Shown in pieces: positions 33,278-45,660 of a stretch of DNA of 64,000 bases (within the stretch, counting starts at the first letter, position 1; each line of letters opens with the position of its first letter). The position numbers and the translations under genes were made by a program. The notes beneath the pieces were generated by a model that worked only from the letters and a program-made list of their open reading frames with translations, was not told the DNA's origin and did not search any database. Source of the stretch: Sphagnum compactum (Eukaryota); the NCBI GenBank assembly GCA_965153455.1, contig OZ234493.1, positions 29,378,213-29,442,212 on the forward strand, read 5' to 3'.

Positions 33278-36200
33278 ATGGATGGCTCTAGTAGCTCTAA
33301 ACCTCTAGGATGTTTTCGTAAGGTTGTTTCTTTCTTAGAAAGTAAATTTGGCAGTGATCTGACTCTGATGTCTTGTTGTATTGCAATCTAACGTAGCCAG
33401 TTCCTTTGTGCATTGCTTTTCAAGAGTTGGATCTTTGTTGCTGAGTGCGAAATCTGGGTTAATATTGATGTTGCTGTTTTGATAAAATGTTGTTGCAGTT
33501 CGATCTGACATGTACAGTTTTGAGTCTTTATTTTTTTGGCTTTTCCCACAGTACTAAGCATTCAACCTGCCACAAGCTTTTTCTAGAAGCAGTTATTTTG
33601 ATATCTGAACTCCGTGAATTTCAAACTTGTTTTCCAATATTAGTCTGCCAATAATACTTCCCCTGATTCTGAGTTGCCAGAAATTATTCAATTCCCGTGA
33701 CTCCGTCTCAACAATCGTTTTTTGATTTTCTGTTTCTTCTGTTTAAAATGCAATTAAACCGAAATTTATTTGTGCAGCCAGTTCTACTTCCCTTACTGAA
33801 GTTTCTAAGTTGCTCAGTTCTATCTACAAAGCTATTTTTCCCATTGTCAATGATCTTATTTTTCCTACAGTCAATGATCTTTGGGTGTCAAAACACAGAA
33901 AGTCTCATGTTCTGAGTTCTATCTACAAAGCTATTTTTGGTTTGGTCAGTGATTTTTGGGTGTCCAAACTCTTAGAAAGGCTCATGTTCCTTTTGTTGGT
34001 AGTTGGATTCTCAATGACTCTACATGAATAGTGGATGTGACAAAATTCCTTAATCTTTCCAGATTGGAAGTTGACAAAGCTTCTCCACTCTCACTGCAAT
34101 CGATTGTTTTTTCAACTCTATACACTAATATACACCTGACAGATCTAAAAGCTCATATGAAAGTTTTGATTAATAAAGTGTTTAATCAAATGTTTTAACT
34201 TCATTTTTTTGAGTTTTTGTTGGTTCACAGAACACCACTTTGAACTTTAGGTATTAATGGCTTAAGAATAAACAAGAGATAAATTTGTTTGAAACTCTAA
34301 ATAGCTTTAAAGCTTGAACTTCAGGTATTAGTGGCTTTAAGAATAAACAAGAGATAAATTCGTTTGAAACTCAACATAGCTTTAAAGTTGTGGAGGCTTC
34401 AGACTGAATCTCTTGGTTGGATTTCTTGTAAGATAATTTGTTTCTCTGTTTTGGTCATGGTGGTTATAGACAATGTATTGGTATCCCCATGGGTACTAAT
34501 TGTGCTGTCTATTTAGCTAATTTCTATCTTTTTTCCTACGAGTTTGATTTTCTCAAGCATCTCTTGAAGAACAACACTTGTCCTGTTGTGCTTCATAGAT
34601 TGTCTCTTGTTCCTAGGTTTCTGAACAATCTTTTTGTTCACCAACTTTCCAAACTTTTAGAGTTTTATGCACCTAGAGACAAAGACTCTTTTGGTGATGG
34701 CATATGCCCAAAAACATCTTGTGAGTTAAATTGAACTTCTAAAGGCTTCTCTTTTAACTTCTTCGATCTAGTTGTGAAGCAAAAGTCCTCAAGGTATATT
34801 TTGTGACATCTGTGATAAATGTTCTCAACTAGGGTATGCAGTCATTGACATGATTCATATGCCTCATATTTGTTCCAATATCTCTATTACTGCTAAGTTG
34901 GGCATTATCAATAGTCAACTATACAAGCTTTTGCGACTTTGCAGTTGTAAAGATTTCTTTGTTTCTTAGACTGTCAGTCTTATTGTCCTTTGAAGAATAA
35001 AGGCTACCCTCTAAAGATTCTATTAAAGAGGACTAGAGGGTTGTTCAATAAAGAAAAAATCCTTTTTAGAATGTCAGCATTTGCAGTATTCATACTCTGA
35101 ATGATTTTGTATAGAGTCTCATAAGTGTGAAGCTTCCTGTAAGCCCACTTGGTCTGTTTTTTCTCTGTAGACAGTTTCTCTATCCTTTGTCTTCCTTTTC
35201 TGTGTGTTTGTTTTGTTTTTTCCCCTCAAGGCTTTTCTTTTTGTGCTTCTACTTGTGTTGTTTGCTTCCAGGCTTGCAACAGAAACTCAGTACACAGGTT
35301 AGTGTTTACACTGGCCTACATCCATGGTAAGGAGCTGATGAAGTCAGTCATGAAGTTGTGATAGAGAATGCACTCTTATACATGCTACTGTTGATGGTCC
35401 CTGAACAAGTGAAAGATTGTCACTGTTTTTCATAATGCAAGTCAGTATATTTTGGTTTTCTTGTTCTTGTTTTATCTTTGTTGTATTGTCCTTTGTTCAC
35501 AGTTTTGTAAGTCCTTTTCTGGAAGTCTTTCTTTGACATAAAGTAGGAGTTTTAACCTTGTTCTGACTTTCTTAATTGTGAGAATGGAGGTTTCTTGATT
35601 CTCATGAGAGATATTTCTGTTTCTTGCATGAGAAATGGCTCATAGAACATGATTCTCCTGAGTGGAATGAATTGGGGAACAAGCTCTTACATATGCAACT
35701 TCTTGAGTGATTTTCCTTCTTCTTGATACCATCTTTGAAACATTTTCCAAAGGGTTGTTGCTTTTCCTTGAAGATTTTCTTGTTGATTACTTTTGGCTCC
35801 TGTGTGTAGGCATTCTGCAGATTGCGACTGTTTAATATACATGATCCTCAACTGGAAATATGATTGTGTCTACTTACAATCAAATTTTCATGCAATAATA
35901 GAATTTTCAAAGATGTCTCTCAGGTTTAGGGTTTTTATTTTGGTGGTTGATTAGTTGACTTCTTCCTGATCCTTAGTTGTCATTCATTTTCATGTCACGT
36001 GTGTTGTGTTCCATGATTGTTTTGATGTTGCTTTCAGCTATAGCTATGAATTGTACTAGCTCTCAGCTGGATCAAAGATTGCTTTATAGTTGTCACTCTC
36101 ATATCTCACTTGTATCACTTTATTGCTATTCCTCTGCTTTTTTGTTTTACAGTTTTTCTGTTCATATGGTCTGGAGCTGACAATGATATGTACTGTCAAA

Positions 36201-39200
36201 GCAAATGCAGCTATGGCCCCTTACGAAAGCTCAACCAAAGATCCATTGATCCACTTGTCAGAAGCATGGCGAGTTCTTCGTCTTTCTATGGCATTCCCTG
36301 CGCGCATCCCCACATGGGATGCCATTCTCTTGACTGCTGCCAGCCCAGCCCAAGCAGACTTGTTCCAGTGGCAGCTTCAGTGGGCCAAGAGGACTGGAAT
36401 AATTTCAAGTGGCACTGTAGTACTTGCAATCCCAGACCCCGAAGGCCACAGGATTGGCTCTGGGGCAGCTACCCTTTGTGCCCTTCAAGGGCTCGCCAAG
36501 CATTTGGAAACCTCACATTTCCATGTAAGTGCAGAATCATCCTGAGAAGAAGTCACAACTTAATGTCACCATGCTTCCAATGGACTTGAATTCCAGTCAT
36601 GGACTCACAGGTCAATCTGGGGGATTCTGGGATATACTCAACATCTCTCACCAGGAAAGTTGAAGGTATTTTCTTTGGATTTGCAGGAGGCATGCCCACC
36701 ACTGTTTAATCCACTGATTGGCTTGATAGGACGGATGCGGGTGCTACTGCTACATACTGGGGGTGACTCAAAACGGGTACCATGGGCAAATCCAATTGGA
36801 AAAGCCTTTTTACCATTGCCATTTTTAGCAGGGGAGGACCCGGATGGACCAGTACCCACACTCTTCAATCATATTCTTGCTATTTCTGCAACTGCAATTC
36901 AAGCATTTTCCAATAGAGGTGAGAAATGTTCATCATCGTCATAGCTCCCACAAGGTCTTGAGTCAATTCACCATGCCATGTACCACACCAAAGTGAATCC
37001 AATAGGTTACCACAGTTAACAAAATTGGTGTTTGCATTGCAAGACTCATATTTGCATTGATGGTAATCAGAAATTTTGATGTGACAGGTATTTGTGGTCT
37101 TGGCTCCTACAGAATGCTGAATCGTAAGTGACAGGCATTGCAGTGCCAGTCACAATCAACCATGTCTGAAGAAAGTCTGATTTTTGTAGGTGGGCTGCTG
37201 ATCATGACCGGTGATGTGCTCCCTTGTTTTGATGCCGCATCTCTCAAGCTTCCTGAAAATGGCACTGTGGTTGTAACTGTTCCTACAGTACTCAGTAGAG
37301 CTACTAAGCATGGGGTCATATTGTGTTCCACTGCTGGATCATATGGAGCATCAAGTGCAGTTACAAGGAAACAAAGGTTTCCAGGTGAACAAAATGACAA
37401 TCCACTGCTAGTTGAAGATTTACTCCAGAAGCCCAGTGTTGATGAAATGCTGAGGAGGGGTGCAGTTGATCCAGATGGCAATGCACTTCTGGATACGGGT
37501 ATTTTTGCTGTTCAGGGCACTGCTTGGCATGATCTCATTGGCTTGGCGCTCTCTGATCCAAACCCAATAAATGATATTCTTATGAGTGGAGATGAAGTGG
37601 GTGGGCTCCCTCTCTTCCTTTTCCATAGAAAGGATATCACAGCTCTCTCTTTACTGTTTTCATGAGCGTTTGAAGAATTATTGTCCTGGTTTTGAGCTGA
37701 AAGGAACTTCTGCTTTTGGGGAAATAGCTGGTGTATCCTGACTAATTTGCATCCATCTGGTGATGCAGGTAAGCCTTTATGAGGAGGTGGCAGGGGCATG
37801 GGTACCAAATAAACATGAATGGCTACAGTCTCGCCCACTGGGAAAACTGCTTGTTAATACACTTGGGTCCCATAGACTATACCATCATTGTGCCCGTATG
37901 GACCTACTTGTACTCATTCTTTTAAGAAATCTTAGTTGCCATTTCAGATGAGTTTCAGCCAGAGGTTGTTTTCTGAAGTTCATGATGGCTTTCATCATTT
38001 TTTTTGTTATTGTCCTTTTGAATCTGAGTTATATGCTTGCCATTACGTACAATAGTGGCTGTGAGCTTGTGCTGTCCTGTTGGTAAGCTGACCAGCTATG
38101 GTTTTTGGGTTGTTGTCTCCCTTCTTTTGTGAGGACAATGTGTAACAACTTCCACCATGTATGTTGATTCAGGAAATCTGGTTTTCCTTCACTTTGGAAC
38201 ATCAAGTGAAGTCTTGGACCACTTAGAGGATGACAGGGGTGGACAATTAGCCCGGAACTATTTCACTGCCATCCCAAGTTGTGGTACGTGTGATGTAGCA
38301 CCATCTGCAGTCATCCTTGCTTCAGATCTTCAACAGGGAGTTTCAATTGGAGCTGGAAGTTTGGTTTTTGATTGCACGCTTGATAGTTCCATACAGATAG
38401 GTGCTCGCTGTGTGGTCACAGGGGTTCATTCCAGCAACCAATCCAAAACATCAAAGCATGTTTTGCTGGATTCACACTGCCTTTGGGAGGTGCCAGTTTT
38501 AGGTGAATTAGTGGACTCCCGGGTGACACTATGTTGTGGCATAAATGATGACCCAAAACTTCCAAAACATTCTGGAGGGACTTTTTGTGGGAAATTATGG
38601 GACACATTTTTGGCCGAACGGGGAATTTCTGGTGCAGATCTTTGGGGCAAGGACTCCAGCAATAATCTGTGGAATGCAAAGCTATTTCCGGTTGTATCCA
38701 AACATCATGGCAAAAATGGTCCTGGAGGTATACAAGGCATTGATATTGCCATGTGGCTAATGGGTGTCTGGCATAAAGGAGCAGATCATAATCAGACTAT
38801 GCTCAAGCATTGGCAATCCTTGACAGAACGTGTAAGCTTGCAGGATATCCATAACCGCATTGATTTCAAGCGAATGTACTATGATGTGAATACACACCGG
38901 GCTGCATTGGCTGCTGGATTTGCCAGGGCAAGCATTGAAAGTGGTCAAATGGACCGCAATCTTGCAAAACTTTGTCGAGTTATCGTACATGGAAACACTG
39001 AACAGGGGAGTGAGATATGTATGGAGTTAGCAGCTTCATGTTCAGATCCATTGGCAGGGCATCTTGTAAATGTTCCAGCAAGCCGAGTATATCAGGCACA
39101 AGTGGATATTTATGATGCATGTGGAAATGAGATTGCTAAATCTGTGTCGGAAGCAAAAGTTTGGGATGCAGTTGCTTCAGAGACTATGGCTGTTGTTGGG

Positions 39201-40777
39201 AAGGCTCATGAGGGTAAGACATGTTCTACTTTCACATCAAATCTTCAACCTGGTGTGTGCATGTCATGTACATCAAATCTTTAGGCCTTCAACCTTGATG
39301 TGTGTATTGGTCATGTGACTCTCAGGGACTTAATCTTCATGGCTAAGGATGTTTAGTGTACTGATGTGGCATACTGGCAAGTCTCTAGAATGTGCAACCT
39401 CTGATTGTTGGAACAATATCTCTCAGCACTCTAAACCCTATGTTAACAAGGTCTGCAGGGTGGAAAGTCAATTTTCCAGCAATCAGTGCTGAGTGGCAAA
39501 CTGAAGGCTGTGAACATTTGCCCCTGAAATTGACTCATGTTGAAGTGAACCTTCCAGTGCGCCTTGACATTGTTGGAGGGTGGAGTGATACTCCTCCATG
39601 GAGCCTAGAGCGCACTGGGTGTGTGCTTAATATGGCTGTAAAGCTAGAGGACCAGTTGCCACTTGGTGCAGAAATATCAGTCCACAATTTTGGATCTGGC
39701 ATCTCAATGAGCGATGATGCAGGTCACACTTGCAATATCAAAGACCCTCGGGCTATTTCTCCACCTTTTCAAGCAGATGACCCATTTCGGTTGGTTAAAG
39801 CAGCCCTCATTGTGACAGGCTTTGGAGGTCCAAACTCTGGGTCACTAAGTTGTGAGTTGAGGATTCGAACTTGGGCGAATGTAGCAAGGGGTAGTGGGCT
39901 AGGAGTATCAAGCATTCTAGCTGCTGCAGTAGTCAGAGGCCTACTACAGCTGCAAGGGGTTGATGAATCACCTAAAATTGTTGCCAATCTTGTTCTGGTT
40001 TTGGAACAGATAATGGGCACAGGGGGTGGGTGGCAAGATCAGATTGGTGGTGTGTATCCAGGTATCAAATTGACCACAAGTAGTCCAGGCCCACAAATTA
40101 CACTAAAAGTGGACCCTATTGAAGTCAGCAGTGAACTGAAATTGGCACTGCAGGATCGTATGGTGGTCATTTTTACTGGCCAGGTGCTGATCTCTTCTTC
40201 AATGTTATTGCTCCTCAATAATCTTCTCACAACTAACAGCACAGTAAACATTGCATGCAGGAGGTCCTTGAGATGTCCTCAGAATTATCAAGATTCCTGT
40301 TACAATGGATTTGCATCTTAGAATTCTTGTTACAATGGATTTCTCATGTGTGCTTGGTATGACTTTTGATAGGTGAGACTTGCAAATACAGTTCTACAGA
40401 AGGTTGTTCGCCGTTACTTACAACATGACATGCGCCTCATTATGACAATTGATCGTTTGACCACATTGGCTGCAAGTGGTCGAGCTGCCTTGGCTTCCAA
40501 CAATTTGGACAGGATTGGTGAAATAATGGCAGAAGCCTGGCTTTTACATCAGGAACTTGATCCAAATTGCAGCAATCCATTTGTAGATAATGTGTTCCAG
40601 AGTGTTTCTCACTTGAGCTCTGGGCATAAGCTTGTTGGTGCTGGAGGTGGTGGATTTGCTATCTTGATAGCCAAGACTAGGGAGGCTTCAGTTTCTATGA
40701 AGATTTTACTTCGAGAATTTGGGCCACCTGTGGAAGTCATCAACTGGAGCTTATGTGAAGACTGTGATCTTCTATAA
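33278..40777 (+). CDS. FKGP: Bifunctional L-fucokinase / GDP-L-fucose pyrophosphorylase, ~1096 aa; exons 33278-33317 (tentative), 36211-36524, 36687-36918, 37190-37596, 37769-37895, 38173-39213, 39459-40183, 40373-40777
   Basis: PTWDAILLTAASPAQA, PDPEGHRIGSGAAT, LLHTGGDSKRVPWANPIGK, MTGDVLPCFDA, LHFGTSSEVLDHL, LPVRLDIVGGWSDTPPWSLE, GHMP loop RGSGLGVSS, MGTGGGWQDQIGG, KLVGAGGGGF. Exons join in frame with GT-AG. Exon 1 is inferred from ATG plus a phase-matched C|GTAAGG donor; an alternative start is the ATG at 36213. Confidence 0.92.
33740..35110 (+). mobile_element. Fossil Penelope-like element reverse transcriptase (Naiad/Chlamys-type), within probable FKGP intron 1
   Basis: Ordered RT motifs: IKPKFICAASSTSLTEVSKLLS (~33765), SWILNDS (~34001), FSTLYTNIHL.DLK (~34110), YRQCIGIPMGTNCAVYLANFYLFSYE (~34465), RFLNNL (degenerate DD), MPHICSNIS..AKLGIINSQL and KGYP (~34860-35010). 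Interrupted by stops and two short tandem duplications. Confidence 0.75.
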
Positions 40778-42114
40778 TGTACACTTTCATTTCCCACAGT
40801 CCATTAGCAACCCCTTCTTTGGTCAACATCATTTCAAGACCACTGCAGAGTAGTTTGGTTACTTACAGGTCTATTATACATATCTTTGGGGCATTTCTGT
40901 TCTAATTATAAACCACCGTTTCAATGGCTTGGTGTTGAGAAGTGAGTTTCTGTCTTGATACAAATAACCTAGAGTATGTGTGGTGCAAGAGAAGTTGGCA
41001 TCAATTACCAAAAACAAGCAGCTTGTTGTGTAACAGTCTGCCCTTTATTGCAGGTCCAAACAGAATCAAGACAGATGATGGAACCTATTCATGTTCTGGC
41101 TGCCAAAATTCAACCCAAAATTGTACCCCAAATCTTAGAAGGATGCAAAGACTCTTCCCTCAAGGTAATAAACTCGAAGAAAAATGTCTATCATTCTGTG
41201 AAGAGCCTAGCCTTCTTGTTCTTTCAACAAGAATAGCTTGACATTCCACTATTCATGTAATTAACCTTTGTGGAACTGTAAACCCACCCTATGGACTCAA
41301 AGCCTTACTTCCTCTCTCCATAAGGGTGGTGCAAGGAACTTTTTTCCTTTGCAAGTGGGTTGGGAATCCCAGCATTGCGAGTACTTGATGATTGCATATT
41401 AGATCTTGGCAACATTTTGGCAGATGATTTGGCTTTGGTGATCATTGTTGTTACACAGAATAGTTGATGCTTTTGGGAGGGTGGGGTGGAAGATGCAATG
41501 AATGATAATTACCCCACCTTACAGGGTTGGTGAATGCAGAACAGTGCTTCCAGTTCCTTTCACATATTGCCCTTCTGAGCGTTGACAACTTGATACTTAG
41601 TGCAGACAAAGTTCATGAGCACCTTCATGTATGGGCTTTGTAGTGCACAAGAATTGAATAAGGAAGAGCTCCTTGTATAATACAGTCGAGGAGGTCTTAA
41701 AAGTCTTCTGGGATTTTATTTTATTTTCAGCTGTGGTTTTGGAAATAGCAATCACCAATCACTTAATAATAAGAGGATTTAACAGGCTTGTTAAGCTCGG
41801 TTAATGAGCTTTTTAAAGCTCAGTTACAATGTAGAATAATCAACAGCAGACATGCATATCCAAATATACTAAAAGAACATGCACACGTTCACATCAGAAC
41901 ATGTCAGATTTTCCCAGCCTTTTCTTGTCCCTGGAAACTATGTTCTTGAGCCACACCCACCCACCAAGGCGAGAGGCAAGATCACCCTGTAATCATAGTT
42001 TACTTGAGTATGCATATACTGGAATGGCCAGTTTTCCAAATTCCAAGGCTGCTTTTCCAGACTCTTATTTCACATGAATGGCATCCAGGGAGATGAATAA
42101 AATTATTAGAGAAA

Positions 42115-42142
42115 GTTGTTGTTGTTGTTGTTGTTGTTGTTG
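42115..42142. repeat. (GTT)n microsatellite
   Basis: Direct reading. Confidence 0.9.
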
Positions 42143-43069
42143 TAGCATCAGGACAAACTGCCCAAACAAACAGCTCTAGTACTCAAGAGGATGATATCAG
42201 ATAGCAAAATAATTCAAAGACGATGTTAGCCTGTACTCAGTCTGTGATTGCCATGCATAGCCAGAAGAATTGTCAAGAGGATTGCACCAAATTAGTTTGT
42301 CTTATTAGGAGAAAACTACACTAGTACACACAATTACTCAAGAATACGTGTAACAAAACAATGATACAAATAACTAAAAAGCATTGACTTACCTCAGATG
42401 TCATGTGTGGTGGTGGCCGCAAGATTTCTCAATACAAATTGCACCGCAAAGAGTCATACTCAAATTGATGCAAAAGGTGGTTAACTTCAAGAGATTGGAA
42501 CCCCAAAAAATTTGTAGTTGTCACCAAAATGCAATAGAAAACTCGATAACAATTGGACATGATTGCAAAAACTGCCTTCCAAGTTGACAATAACATGATA
42601 GGTTAGTTGCAACTTGCAGCCAACTACCGACTCCATACTCTCTCTCTTTTGCACGCTGCAATGGGGCCATGAATGTATACTTGCCAGTTCTACATGATTA
42701 CCTGCCCAAATAATTGATTTTTCCATCTTTTTCAAGAGTGAGAAAGTGGAGGATGTCACCACCATTCATTATTATTTTTTTGAAGTCTGGAAACCTACTT
42801 CAATCAACAACAAGCAGGCTGCATACAGCTGGGTCCAGAACAAAGAGCACTCAAGCACTGCACATCACCAGACCTTGTAGGCCTACAAGACCAGAAAGTT
42901 ATCAGTAAAGTCCTCCCCAGTTTGAACCCGTCTTTGGTCCTTGGTTTTCTGTTCCATGCCCAGTTTGAGGCCATCACCAAAATCAGTCAAACTGGGGACT
43001 GGATCACACACTTTAGGTGAGCTAAACCCTGCCCAGTTGACGTTTTCTCGGTGCAGGAATCCTGAGTTG

Positions 43070-43925
43070 TGGGGTTTTAGGATTTGAGGTTCAAGTGATA
43101 GTGTTCAGAATTCAGGGTTCAAGTTGTAGTGTTTAGGGTTGAAGTTGCAAGGTATCGGCTTTCAAGTTGTAAGTTCAATAGTGTAAACGGGTTCAAATTC
43201 CAAGCTTAGGGATTTAGGGTTGAGGTTCTAGCTTTTGTGTTTAAGATTTAGGGTTCAAGTTGTAGGTTCTTGGGTGTATTTTGGCTATTTTGGTTTAAGA
43301 CTTATGGTTAGGGTTTAGGGTTATGGTTATAGGTTGTAAAGTTGGAGATTAGGTTTAGGTTTTAGGGTTAAGGTGAAGGATCAAGTTCAAGTTATAAGGT
43401 TATGGTTGAAGTTTAGGTTTTAGGGTGAAGGTCAAGGGTTAGGTTCAGTTTTTAAGGTTAAGGGGGGAACATTCATAGTCATAGGAACCAAAAAGGACAT
43501 TAAATACTAATGAAAAAAAAAGTTATGTTTATGTGGTGTCATTGAAAGTTGTCATAATCATGGCAAGATGTGTTAAATGATTAATATAAGTATTGGGAAG
43601 TTTCATTTTGAAAACCCTTTACATTCAATTCTAAATTCATTCAAAGAATCTAAATACACAAAGTGATTTTGGGGCCAAAGGACCTCATAGTCCTTGGATA
43701 AAATAGTTAAATTTTGATTCCTATAGTTACGAACATGCCCAAGGTCAAGGTTTAAGTTTTGGGGGTTAGGGTTAGGGGTCAAATCTAGGTTAGGGTTCAA
43801 ATTTAGGGTTGTGGTTTAGGTTTTAGGATTATGGTAATGTTTATGGTTCATGTTTTATGATTAGGGTAAGGATTCAAGTTTTGGTTAAGCTCCATTTTGA
43901 TGTTCAAGTTTAGGGTTTAAGTTGA
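43070..43925. repeat. Degenerate interstitial telomere-like array (TTTAGGG orientation), interrupted by a MITE
   Basis: GTTAGGGTTTAGGGTTA, GGTTAGGGTTAGGGG, TTTAGGGTT units at 43070-43460 and 43740-43925. Confidence 0.7.
43463..43740. mobile_element. MITE-like insertion with degenerate TIRs
   Basis: Left GGGAACATTCATAGTCATAGGAACCAAAA versus reverse complement of right end GGGCATGTTCGTAACTATAGGAATCAAAA; TSD unclear. Confidence 0.55.
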
Positions 43926-44496
43926 AGGTTTCATAAAATCTTTTGGCATGTAATTATAAAATTGAAAGCTTGTGTTTTCAAATTTTTTTTAAATTCTCAT
44001 TATCACTTAAGTAAAGGGAATCTTTTTCAAGATATGGTTCCTTTTTAAAGGTGCATTCGAAAAATTATGAGTCAAAGGTGCACCCTAAATAAAGACTTAA
44101 GTGACTGTTGATTTTAGATTATTTTTGGGATATGCTAGGAATACTTCATTTGTAAGTTGTAACAAAAATTTAAAAAACCTTTTTGACTTGAAAATATGCT
44201 ACATTATATTATTATGTAAAGATATATTTTAAATATTTCTCCAAAATTATGTCATTTTCAAGTCTTTTTAAGTACATTTAGATGTTTGAATAAGCAGTAA
44301 AAACATTTGACACAATGTTTAACGAACGCTTGTGGATATTATATTCTCATTAAATTCATTCCAAATTATTTCACATGTTTTCATAACTATTAAAACCATT
44401 ATCATTTAAACACGTTAAATTTTTTTATAATAACAGTGAATCCAAATGAGATTTAACAAGCCAAAATGTTTACTTGGCCCTGTTGCCAAAAATCAC

Positions 44497-45660
44497 CTTT
44501 TTCATAAAAAGGAATTTTGGAATGAAATTTTTTGCAACTTGTTATTTATCATATTTACAATTGTCTCAATGTGTTGCATGTTTTGAGTTAACCATTTTTT
44601 AATAAATATGAGATTTTTTTAATGCATATGTTTTGCTAGATTCTATATTTCGTTTTAAAACATGATCACAATTGCAAATCACATCGAAACATTTTGATAT
44701 TTTAAGTTTTATTTTCTTGTATTATAATCTATAACTTCGTTTTAAACACCATATACATTGCACCACATTTGCATGTCATAAAAAATTCATGAACTTTAAA
44801 ATAGACCCCTAAATTTTGAAAAACACTTTCTTTTTGGGTGAAGTTTTGAATATTTTTTAAATGTGTGTAATAACCCCCCCTTTTTTTTAAAAAAATGTTT
44901 GTATTATGAAAATTATGGGGCCCTTTATGAAAATAATGTTGTTAAATGAAGTTGTTAAATGACTTTTGCTCAAACCAAATTTCAAAATTGGAACATGTAA
45001 TGGGGTGCGATCATAGTCAAATGAGCCAAAAATCATGAATTAAAAAAAAAACTATTTATGTAATGCCACTTTAATGTCATGTTGATCAAGAAAATTTGTG
45101 CTAAATGATTTATATGAGTGTTGAAGATTTTTAAAAATAATTTAATTTAATAAATTAAGTTTTGGTTTCAATAAAATATTTTTGAACTTTAACACCCCAA
45201 AATTAGTTTTATAAAACATTAGGCTTTTAATAAAGAAATTTTTGATGGGAAAGTTTTTGAAGTGATGGTAACATATCATCCACATATGAAAAACACTTGT
45301 AATTTTTAAATGGTGGCACTTGAAATTTTTAGAAATTCAAAATATAATTTTTGAATGTTCAAATTTCAAGAGTCATTTGATGGATGTAAATGGGTCATAA
45401 TGTGTATGACATTTAAAAAAAAGTGTGGCTTATGATACAAAAAATTAAAGCTTAAAGTAATTATCATATTTTAGCATGATTTGAAATTGTGATCATTTTT
45501 CAAGATGAAACATAAGAATCTAGCAGAATTTGTTTTTTTTTAAACTCATATTTATTTAAAAAGAGTTAACACAAGTAATGTAATTTATTAGAGATATTGC
45601 AAATATTTTAAAGAACATGTTGAAAAAAATCCTTTAAAAAATCATTTTTATGAAAAAATC
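44497..45660. repeat. AT-rich long degenerate inverted repeat (arms ~44497-44815 and ~45315-45660), foldback/MULE-like
   Basis: TGCTAGATTCTATATTTC...ATGATCACAATTGCAAATCA (~44635) mirrors TGATTTGAAATTGTGATCAT...AAGAATCTAGCA (~45477-45525); similarity runs the length of both arms. Confidence 0.65.

Noticed and set aside
36525..36686. In-frame stop at 36543 suggesting FKGP is a pseudogene
   Set aside because: The stop lies in a phase-0 GT-AG intron (CAT|GTAAGT ... TTGCAG|GAG).
37763..37775. CAG|GTAAGC looks like a splice donor or recursive site
   Set aside because: It is the acceptor of the exon encoding conserved VSLYEE; no evidence for other use.
505..40777. SUT + PAP + FKGP as a sugar/phosphate metabolic gene cluster
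   Set aside because: Genes are 11-16 kb apart, separated by TEs, and act in unrelated pathways; no evidence of co-regulation.
40942..41700. Short ORFs downstream of FKGP
   Set aside because: No motifs or consistent exon chain; likely UTR or intergenic.
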